The notes under the pieces: generated by a model
What the model was told of the DNA's origin: nothing
The model's database searches: none
What the model saw: the letters and a program-made list of their open reading frames with translations, nothing else
Shown here: one piece after another, positions 1 to 6,791 of the stretch
Layout: each line of letters begins with the position of its first letter
How positions within the stretch are numbered: position 1 is the first letter of the stretch
Assembly (NCBI GenBank): GCA_035289485.1
Contig: DATDXA010000064.1
Span: 1 to 14,012 of the forward strand
Direction of reading: 5' to 3'
Source of the DNA: an archaeon
GTDB lineage: Archaea; Iainarchaeota; Iainarchaeia; Iainarchaeales; Iainarchaeaceae
DNA length: 14,012 bases
Position numbers and translations under genes: made by a program

Positions 1-1617
1 GTTGTGCACTGCCCAAATCTTCTTTGAAAGCTCGTGGTCAAAGCCCATTTCCTGGAACATGGTGATTTTTTCCTTGTCCTTTGGCTTGACCTTGCCCTCA
101 AAGTGGCTCTTGATAAGTTTTTCCAAAACCTCCGGAGGAATTGGCTCTGCTTTCATCTTGAGCCTGTTGTGCTTGTTCGGGCTTTTTGCTTCGACCACCG
201 GAGACTTCTTGTTCATGGTCTCGTGATAAACCACAATCGGCGGAGAAACAGTAATCGCAACATTGTGATGCTTTTCTATTCTGTACTGGTTAATTTCAAG
301 GTGCAGCTCTCCCATTCCCGAAAGCAGGTGCTCCCCGGTTTCCTGATTAATTGTCGCGCGCAAATTTGGGTCCTCTTTAGTTAGCTGCCTTATAACTTCA
401 ATCAGTTTTGGCAAATCCTTTGTGCTCTTTGCCTCAATCGAAACAGTCATCACAGGCTCGACTTCAGTCATGAAACTTTCAAACGGCTTTATTTCCATAT
501 CCGAAATTGTTTCTCCCGCATAAACTTCTTTCAATCCAACAAGCGCAACAATGTTTCCTGCAGGCACTGTGGTTGCCTCAACAAAATCCTCTCCCATGAA
601 AAGGCCGATTTTTTGCGTGTAAACTTCTTTATGGCTTCCAACAAGCTTTACTTTTGTGCCCCTTGTGACTTTCCCAGAATATACCCTTCCGGTTGCAATG
701 TCTCCTGAGTGCTTGTCAACACTGACATCCGTAACCATCATTGTGAATGGGCCTGTTTCATCGCAATGCTGCATTGCCTTGCCCTCTGCACTTTCAATGT
801 CCCCTTTCCATACAACCGGCATCCTGTAGCCCTGCGCCTGAATTGGATTTGGAAGGTGCTGGATAATTAATTCAAAAATTGCTTCAGAGAGCTTGCTTTT
901 TGCAGAGAGTTCTTTTTGATTGTCGCTTTTGAGGTACTCATAAACCTGCTTGAACGAAATTCCTGTTTGCGCCATGCGCGGAACTGAAATCGCCCACTTG
1001 TTGTATGCGCTTCCAAACATTACCGAGCCGTCCTGCACCTTGACCTGCCATTTTTCCTCAAATTCTTTCGGGACGTTTTTTCTTATAAGCGTGTTGACGT
1101 GCGTGATGACTTTCATGAACCTCTCCTGCATCTGCTGCTCTGTTAGCTGCAGCTCGTTAATCAGGCGGTCAACCTTGTTGATGAAAAGAACCGGCCTTAC
1201 GTATTCGCGCAGAGCCTGGCGAACAACAGTTTCAGTCTGAGGCATCACTCCCTCGACCGCATCAACAACTAGTATTACTCCGTCAACTGCTCTCATTGCC
1301 CTTATGACTTCCCCTCCAAAGTCAACGTGCCCCGGAGTATCAATGAGATTTACCAGATGGTCAGTTCCTTTGTAATTGTAGAGAAGTGAGATGTTTGCTG
1401 CGTTAATTGTTATTCCGCGCTCCTGCTCCTGGTCCTCATAATCCATTACCCTTTGCTGGCCTGCGAGTTCCTCACTCATAAGCCCAGAAGCCGCAATGAG
1501 AGAATCGGCAAGAGTGGATTTTCCGTGATCGATATGGGCAACTATTCCCATGTTTCTGATGTTTAGCCTTGTATTCATCAGTTTTTCTGCAAGCTTTACA
1601 ACATCTTCCTTCTTCAT
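1..1617 (-). CDS. fusA: Elongation factor EF-2, N-terminal 539 codons (runs off the left edge; absent from the ORF track)
   Basis: Manual translation from ATG at 1617 gives MKKEDVVKLAEKLMNTRLNIRNMGIVAHIDHGKSTLADS, with RGITI, DTPGHVDF, NKVD and GMGELHLE motifs. GAGGTG lies 7 nt upstream of the ATG, and the gene follows rps7. Confidence 0.98.
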   Translation of the reverse strand, partial: MKKEDVVKLAEKLMNTRLNIRNMGIVAHIDHGKSTLADSLIAASGLMSEELAGQQRVMDYEDQEQERGITINAANISLLYNYKGTDHLVNLIDTPGHVDFGGEVIRAMRAVDGVILVVDAVEGVMPQTETVVRQALREYVRPVLFINKVDRLINELQLTEQQMQERFMKVITHVNTLIRKNVPKEFEEKWQVKVQDGSVMFGSAYNKWAISVPRMAQTGISFKQVYEYLKSDNQKELSAKSKLSEAIFELIIQHLPNPIQAQGYRMPVVWKGDIESAEGKAMQHCDETGPFTMMVTDVSVDKHSGDIATGRVYSGKVTRGTKVKLVGSHKEVYTQKIGLFMGEDFVEATTVPAGNIVALVGLKEVYAGETISDMEIKPFESFMTEVEPVMTVSIEAKSTKDLPKLIEVIRQLTKEDPNLRATINQETGEHLLSGMGELHLEINQYRIEKHHNVAITVSPPIVVYHETMNKKSPVVEAKSPNKHNRLKMKAEPIPPEVLEKLIKSHFEGKVKPKDKEKITMFQEMGFDHELSKKIWAVHN

Positions 1618-1742
1618 CCCGAGACACCTCTCGGGAGGAGGTGCCCTATCTCCTTGCGAACCTCTTGGTTCGCGAGGCCTCCCAGAACTTTGTTCTGGAA
1701 GGTCGCTTGGGCTCGATAGGCCTTACTCACTTCGTTCACCAT
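1618..1742 (-). repeat. Structured intergenic element, copy A (upstream of EF-2; carries a 51-nt two-hairpin insertion)
   Basis: mRNA strand GGCCTATCGAGC...AGATAGGGCACCTCCTCCCGAGAGGTGTCTCGGG-ATG; shares the CCTATC/GATAGG stem and 3' hairpin architecture with copies B-D. Confidence 0.85.
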
Positions 1743-1786
1743 AAAATCAAATCCTCAAATTCAATATGAACTGCAAAAATGCACGT

Positions 1787-2431
1787 TTACCTTGATGCCT
1801 TTGCAATCCTTTCTACCTCATCGCGCCTCTTTACGCTAAAGCTCGTGTTCTCTTCTCCGGCCGCGGAGATTAGCTCTTTTGCGAGCGCTTCAGCCGCGCT
1901 TGTCTTGTTATTGAACGAGCCTGAAAATGCCGCAAGCGCGAGATTCTTAAGTGACTCATCAACCTTCTTTAGCGGCGCCACATCAACTGAAACAGTGTAA
2001 GATACTCCGCCCCTTGAAATCCTTGTGACATCTTCTCTAGGTCCCGCGTTCTGAATCGCATCCACAAGAACCTGCAGGGGGTTTTTCATGGTCCTTTTTT
2101 CAACAAGTTCAAATGCCTCTTCAACAATGTGCATTGCCATTATTTTCTTTCCAGTTCCGCCCCTTCCGCGGATGTATTTTCCGGAGAGCTTTCTCTTTCC
2201 CTGGCCGCTTCTCATGATTTTGTTGATTAATCTCTCAACAATGCTAAGCGAACCCTTCTCAAACCGGTGCCTTGTGCCCCTGCCAAATGTGTGCGGGATT
2301 TCCTTGCTCTTAAGGCTTACATACCTTCCAAGGCTTGGGTCGCGGACCGATACTTCTGAAGGATCATATTTTCCAAAAACAAAGAACGCGTGCGCGCTTC
2401 CCTTTTCAGCAGCTTTTTCAGTCATTCGCAT
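1787..2431 (-). CDS. rps7: 30S ribosomal protein uS7
   Basis: IVERLINKIMR, NPLQVLVDAIQNAGPRED and KRRDEVERIAKASR motifs; lies between rps12 and EF-2. Spacing from AGGTGA suggests the true start may be the second ATG (2425). Confidence 0.97.
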   Translation of the reverse strand: MRMTEKAAEKGSAHAFFVFGKYDPSEVSVRDPSLGRYVSLKSKEIPHTFGRGTRHRFEKGSLSIVERLINKIMRSGQGKRKLSGKYIRGRGGTGKKIMAMHIVEEAFELVEKRTMKNPLQVLVDAIQNAGPREDVTRISRGGVSYTVSVDVAPLKKVDESLKNLALAAFSGSFNNKTSAAEALAKELISAAGEENTSFSVKRRDEVERIAKASR

Positions 2432-2443
2432 TTCACCTAACTA

Positions 2444-2881
2444 TTACCTCTTCACTTTCTCCTTCTTTCCGGTCCTTAGCATCTGCAGTGCAATTCCATT
2501 TACATGCGTTACGCGGTATTTTACTCCCCAAAGGTCCCCTTTAGGCCCTCCTTGCGCTCCGCCTATTCCTTCAACCATAACCTCATCATGCTCATCAATG
2601 AACTTAATCGCCCCGTCCTTTGGCGCGAGCGCGGTCAGTTGCCTGCCGTTCTTTATGAGCTGCACTCTCACGCACTTTCGGATTCCCGAGTGCGGCTGCT
2701 TTGCTGTAACTCCCCTTTTTTCAAGCACAATTCCTTTTGCCTGGGGCGAGCCGTTCATCAGGTCTCCGCCCTTATCGTGCATTCGCGCGTTCATTTTCTT
2801 TTTCCAGCGCCTGTCCTTTTTTCGCCACTTCTTCCTTCTCTTTTCAAGTGCCCTTGCTGCAAATTCCCCTGCCATAAACAT
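2444..2881 (-). CDS. rps12: 30S ribosomal protein uS12
   Basis: [21 protein letters not shown] and FIDEHDEV motifs of archaeal uS12; start is ATG at 2881 or 2875. Confidence 0.97.
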   Translation of the reverse strand: MFMAGEFAARALEKRRKKWRKKDRRWKKKMNARMHDKGGDLMNGSPQAKGIVLEKRGVTAKQPHSGIRKCVRVQLIKNGRQLTALAPKDGAIKFIDEHDEVMVEGIGGAQGGPKGDLWGVKYRVTHVNGIALQMLRTGKKEKVKR

Positions 2882-2886
2882 CAAAC

Positions 2887-2967
2887 TCCGATCTGCTCAT
2901 CGGAAGGGAGCACCCAATCTTCGGCCTTTTGGCCTCGATTGGCTTTGCCCACTCCGTTCGCATAAAA
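2887..2967 (-). repeat. Structured intergenic element, copy B (upstream of rps12)
   Basis: mRNA strand GCCAATCGAGGCCAAAAGGCCGAAGATTGGGTGCTCCCTTCCGATGAGCAGATCGGA; same architecture as copies C/D with compensatory changes. Confidence 0.85.
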
Positions 2968-2975
2968 CTCCATTT

Positions 2976-3392
2976 TCACCTAATCCTTACCTCTTCAATC
3001 CCGTAATTTCTTTTCGCGAGCTCCTTAACTCTTTTCAATCTCCTCATATTCTGCAAAATTATTTTCTTGTTTGTCGCATCAACGCTGACAATCGCAATCT
3101 TGCTATCCTTCATATCCTTTATTTCGACTTTCACAATTTTTGCCTTGAAAAAAGCCCTTTCAAAGAACTTCTCCGGCTGCTCTGTGTATTCAAAGAGCTC
3201 TACTCTTTTTCCAATCCTTTTTTTGAGCAGCTCAACAGTTGAGCCGCTCTTTCCGATTGCCCTGTTCATGTCCTTTTCAGGAATGAGGAAAACCACGCTG
3301 TCGCCCTCGACAAAGCAGTCCCTCGCGCTCACCTTCGCGATCGCATCAAGCGCGTTCATCATTTGAATCTGCGAGATGTCAAGCAACTTCAC
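2976..3392 (-). CDS. nusA: Archaeal NusA (KH-domain transcription factor)
   Basis: AIGKSG KH motif and GKRVELFEY; C-terminal KELAKRNYGIEEVRI; conserved position between rpl30e and rps12; GTG start with GGTG upstream. Confidence 0.93.
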   Translation of the reverse strand: MKLLDISQIQMMNALDAIAKVSARDCFVEGDSVVFLIPEKDMNRAIGKSGSTVELLKKRIGKRVELFEYTEQPEKFFERAFFKAKIVKVEIKDMKDSKIAIVSVDATNKKIILQNMRRLKRVKELAKRNYGIEEVRIR

Positions 3393-3404
3393 AAAACACC
3401 ACGC

Positions 3405-3710
3405 TTACTTCTCGATTTCAAGAACCCTGCTCTTGCCCGCGTCCTCGATTGCCATCGCACTTATCGTGAAAGGCTTTCCGCAGACACTTCCAAGTTCAAT
3501 TCCTGTTCCTTCAAAGACGAAATGCGGTGTTTTGCCGTTTTCCGCAAAAGAAACGAGCTTTTCGCTTGTTATCTGGGGCGCGTTTTTCGCGATTATTATT
3601 AGCTTTGCGGAACCATTTTTAAGGCTTTTCTCCGCCTGCTGCGTGCCAAAAACGACCTTTCCTGTGTCCACTGCCCTTCTGATTTCCTTTGGTGCATCAA
3701 CGTTTGCCAT
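3405..3710 (-). CDS. rpl30e: 50S ribosomal protein eL30
   Basis: AVDTGKVVFG, AKLIIIAKNAP and ELGSVCGKPF...IEDAGKS motifs. Confidence 0.97.
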   Translation of the reverse strand: MANVDAPKEIRRAVDTGKVVFGTQQAEKSLKNGSAKLIIIAKNAPQITSEKLVSFAENGKTPHFVFEGTGIELGSVCGKPFTISAMAIEDAGKSRVLEIEK

Positions 3711-3848
3711 TTTTTATCCAATCCTGTAAAATATCCGAAATTCCGCGAAAAGCCAAAAGGTCAAATAAGAACCAGAACTAAATCCGGCCCTACTCCGCCA
3801 AAATGGCTTCTCAAGGCGTAATTTAACAAGGAATATTGCTGATGAAGG

Positions 3849-3862
3849 TTTATAATGGTTTG
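3849..3862 (-). promoter_or_regulatory. Candidate TATA box (CAAACCATTATAAA on the minus strand) for an rpl30e-nusA-rps12-rps7-EF-2 transcript
   Basis: TTATAAA about 140 nt upstream of the rpl30e start. The motif also reads as a TATA box on the plus strand, so its direction is uncertain. Confidence 0.4.
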
Positions 3863-3876
3863 TTGAATGCCTTTGG

Positions 3877-4704
3877 CTAATCTACCAGCGTTTCTAAAGT
3901 GAACCGTAAATCATAATTTCTGTTGGATTCATCAAAAGGCACTAAAACTTTAACAAGTCCCGTATCAGTATGCTGGCCTTTTGAAGCGTCCAATACTGGG
4001 CTGTCTACCCCATTTACGGAAGGCGTGACAACAATATCACAATAAATTGTTTGCATTGGTTTTAATCCCCGAGAGCCGCAGCCGGGGTTGGTATTATATT
4101 GTGGATAATATGGAGGGTAATCTTTGGAAAAAAAACTTCCAGTGCCGGGAACGCCTATTATGATTGGGACTGTAAAATCTCCAATATTCTTAACTGCAAT
4201 TCTTTTTTCTTCGGATTTTTTTTGATTATTTAATTCGAACGTCAATTCATTAGGTGTCAATTCTATACCAATGTCCCTTTCTGGCAACAAATTAACTTTA
4301 CACACGGCTCCCTTATCGCCCTTTTTAAAATTTTGGTCTAGAAAGCCGCACACTTCTATTGTCTTCCCTTCATAGATTGTTTTCAATGTGACTTCTTTTG
4401 AAAGTTCATACGGGCCAGCCTTTCTTTGTTCAGGTGGGCCATAATTGACCTGGTCAATTACAGTACCTGCAGAATTGTCATAAACTTTGTAATAAATGTC
4501 ATTTCTATTCGAGATTATCTTTATCGTAACCCACGAATAATAGGCACCGCTGAATTCGTTGGTGGAAATCTCTAGACTATTGTCAAATTTCTCGGTAGCC
4601 CAACTGGCATCAAATGAAAAATCCGAATCATCTACCGAATTGTTTACATTGCAGCCCACAAGGAACACCGATGCCAGCGCAATCACGGCAAGAAATTTCT
4701 TCAT
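3877..4704 (-). CDS. Predicted lipoprotein / surface protein with a probable C-terminal Ig-like domain
   Basis: 275-aa ORF with signal peptide MKKFLAVIALASVFLVGC ending in a lipobox Cys. C-terminal IAVKNIGD...LKPMQTIYCDIVVTP resembles Ig-like beta-sandwich patterns (inference). Confidence 0.8.
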   Translation of the reverse strand: MKKFLAVIALASVFLVGCNVNNSVDDSDFSFDASWATEKFDNSLEISTNEFSGAYYSWVTIKIISNRNDIYYKVYDNSAGTVIDQVNYGPPEQRKAGPYELSKEVTLKTIYEGKTIEVCGFLDQNFKKGDKGAVCKVNLLPERDIGIELTPNELTFELNNQKKSEEKRIAVKNIGDFTVPIIIGVPGTGSFFSKDYPPYYPQYNTNPGCGSRGLKPMQTIYCDIVVTPSVNGVDSPVLDASKGQHTDTGLVKVLVPFDESNRNYDLRFTLETLVD

Positions 4705-4794
4705 CAGAAATTAATTGTCGGGGGGGGTATAATAATATGCCGAATCTTGTTATGTTGAAGTTCTTGAGCTCTTTAATTCCCTTCCCCAAACACG

Positions 4795-4823
4795 TTTTTA
4801 TAGTATTACTATGGTAATACTAT
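4795..4823 (+). promoter_or_regulatory. TA promoter TATA box (TTTTTATA) overlapping a perfect 10-bp inverted repeat, probable operator
   Basis: ATAGTATTAC-TATG-GTAATACTAT at 4800-4823, followed by GGAGGT and the ATG at 4837. Confidence 0.75.
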
Positions 4824-4836
4824 TGGAGGTATTTTT

Positions 4837-5022
4837 ATGGATGTGATTCCGGCAAAGTTCACGCCAAAGCTCACGGTCGAGATTGATGCGCTCGTGAAGG
4901 AAGGCTGGTATGCCAACCGCAGCGAGGCTATTCGCGATGCCGTACGCGACCTTGTAAAGAAGATGAAAGCCGAGCGCCTTGAGGCGGCAATTAAGGAGGA
5001 CGTTGAATGGGGCCTAAAATAA
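4837..5022 (+). CDS. Ribbon-helix-helix (CopG/Arc/MetJ) protein, putative antitoxin
   Basis: IDALVKEGWYANRSEAIRDAVRDL matches the RHH pattern; strong SD (GGAGGT); overlaps the downstream PIN gene. Confidence 0.88.
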   Translation: MDVIPAKFTPKLTVEIDALVKEGWYANRSEAIRDAVRDLVKKMKAERLEAAIKEDVEWGLK

Positions 5023-5480
5023 TCGCTGTCATTGACGCTGGCCCTCTTATTCATCTTGCCGAAATAGGGGCACTGAAGGCGCTTGAGGCATTTTCGCTAA
5101 TTACTCCAGGCGGGGTTGTCGAGGAAGTGAGGTCGTTTCCCGGAGGGATTAAGGTAGTTGACAATTATGACAAGAATCTTGTAAGCGCACTCCAGAATGA
5201 ATTCTCACTCGGGCTTGGCGAGAGCCAATGCATTGCGCTTGCAAAGGCGGAAAAAATCGTGATTTTCCTAACTGATGATCTTGATGCGAGAACAACCGCC
5301 CTGAGTCTTGGGCTTGAGCCGCACGGGACAATTGGGATACTGCTGAAGGCATTCAAGCTCGGCTTGCTGGGCAAAAAGGATGCAATCGAATTTGTGAAGA
5401 GGCTCAAATCTTCCTCTTCGCTTTATATAACCTCAGAACTTGTTGGGTATATTCTGCAAAAAATAGAAACGGAAAAATAG
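5007..5480 (+). CDS. PIN-domain (VapC-like, DUF3368-type) putative ribonuclease toxin
   Basis: AVIDAGPLIHL, LGLGESQCIALA, FLTDDLDAR and GTIGILL motifs with the acidic PIN residues; GGAGG SD inside the antitoxin gene; 16-nt overlap. Confidence 0.88.
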   Translation: MGPKIIAVIDAGPLIHLAEIGALKALEAFSLITPGGVVEEVRSFPGGIKVVDNYDKNLVSALQNEFSLGLGESQCIALAKAEKIVIFLTDDLDARTTALSLGLEPHGTIGILLKAFKLGLLGKKDAIEFVKRLKSSSSLYITSELVGYILQKIETEK

Positions 5481-5517
5481 TGCATTTCTGAGTGCCCAGA
5501 AAATGATTTGCAATCAG

Positions 5518-6747
5518 CTACTTCTTCATCACAAGGCTAACGCGCCCGGTCCCAACCTTTATCGGCTGGCCGACAATTATGTTCTCAACAACCCCTTCAA
5601 GGTTCTCGATTTCACCGCTAAAGCTTGCCTCAAGAAGGTGCTTAACTGTTTCTTCAAAAGATGCCCTTGCGAAAGGAGATGATTTGCCCCTTGTAATTCC
5701 GGTTCTTACAATTCCTCTGATTTCCCCGTCAAATGTCATAAGGTCAGCGAGAAGCATTATGTGGCGGATATCAATTGAAATCCCGTTCTCCTTGAGAACC
5801 CCGTCAAGTTCGTTTACAATTGCCATTCTTCCAGCTTCAATTCCCATTACCGCGCTGATTTCTTTTATGTCATTTGTAGTGGTGCGGCCGCCATCAACTT
5901 CAGGAAGCTTTACAACCGCCTTGAGGTTGGTTCCCCTTGTCTTTATGACGCTCTCTCCGTCTTCTTTTGAAAGTATGACCTTCTCTATTCCGCGCACACC
6001 CTGTATCCTTACATTGCGCAGCTTGTTTAGCGTCCTTCTGATTTTCAGGAGCGGCTCGTTTTTGAAAGTGAAATCAATAATGTTCTTTTCCCTGCGCTTT
6101 GCATCCTTTTTGAGATGCTTCTCTATTTTTGAAATCAAATCCTCGGTGTTGACATTTCTTGAGCTGATTGCATCGCGGTCAAGTTCGATTGTGACCTTGC
6201 TCTTTAGCAAATCCTCAGTGACCTTAATCACATCATCAATTCTGACATCAATTAGTGTCTTTGCGTACGCATCAAGTTTTTCCGCGTCCTTTTTGAGAAG
6301 CGGATCCGCGATGTAAATTGTCATTGTCGGGTATTTTGCCTTGCTTCTTCCATCAACGATTTCCTCAACCCTCTGAATTCCTGAACCTACCGAGACTTCT
6401 GCTGAACCCGCGTAGTGCTTTGTTCTAAGTGTTAGTTGCGTTCCGGGCTCTCCGAGAGATTGCGCCGTGATAATTCCCACAGCCTCGCCGGGTTCCACCT
6501 TGAGCGTTTCAAAGTGCGCGGTAATTCTTTCAAGCAGCTGCTCTCTATCCTTTGTTTTGAGCTTTAGCTCATCTGCAACCACATTGAATTCATCGGCAAC
6601 TTTTTTAGGCAGGCCTTCCTCATTAAACATCTCGCCGCTCGCATAAACCCTTTCAAAAACAGGTTCAACTTCAACGGGCTTTTTAGGGGCCTTCGGCTTC
6701 TTTGGCGCCTTAGGTTTTTTTTCCTTGTGCTCTTTTTTTGCTGCCAT
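5518..6747 (-). CDS. rpoA2: DNA-directed RNA polymerase subunit A'' (Rpo1C)
   Basis: [39 protein letters not shown] and [14 protein letters not shown] motifs. Confidence 0.98.
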   Translation of the reverse strand: MAAKKEHKEKKPKAPKKPKAPKKPVEVEPVFERVYASGEMFNEEGLPKKVADEFNVVADELKLKTKDREQLLERITAHFETLKVEPGEAVGIITAQSLGEPGTQLTLRTKHYAGSAEVSVGSGIQRVEEIVDGRSKAKYPTMTIYIADPLLKKDAEKLDAYAKTLIDVRIDDVIKVTEDLLKSKVTIELDRDAISSRNVNTEDLISKIEKHLKKDAKRREKNIIDFTFKNEPLLKIRRTLNKLRNVRIQGVRGIEKVILSKEDGESVIKTRGTNLKAVVKLPEVDGGRTTTNDIKEISAVMGIEAGRMAIVNELDGVLKENGISIDIRHIMLLADLMTFDGEIRGIVRTGITRGKSSPFARASFEETVKHLLEASFSGEIENLEGVVENIIVGQPIKVGTGRVSLVMKK

Positions 6748-6791
6748 TCAAATCACATTCCACAAAATCCAATCATTTCTGCCCTATCAAA

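Noticed and set aside
2887..2967. Element as a tRNA or a known self-cleaving ribozyme
   Set aside because: No cloverleaf or TTCRA arm and no hammerhead CUGANGA/GAAA core; I could not fit an HDV-like topology by eye. An unknown ribozyme is not excluded.
2088..3242. 384-aa plus-strand ORF and the many other plus-strand ORFs over EF-2, ribosomal and RNAP genes
   Set aside because: They are antisense shadows of well-supported minus-strand genes and show no recognisable motifs.
4809..5407. Minus-strand ORFs overlapping the TA pair
   Set aside because: The plus-strand RHH and PIN genes have SD sites, a promoter and family motifs; the antisense ORFs have none.
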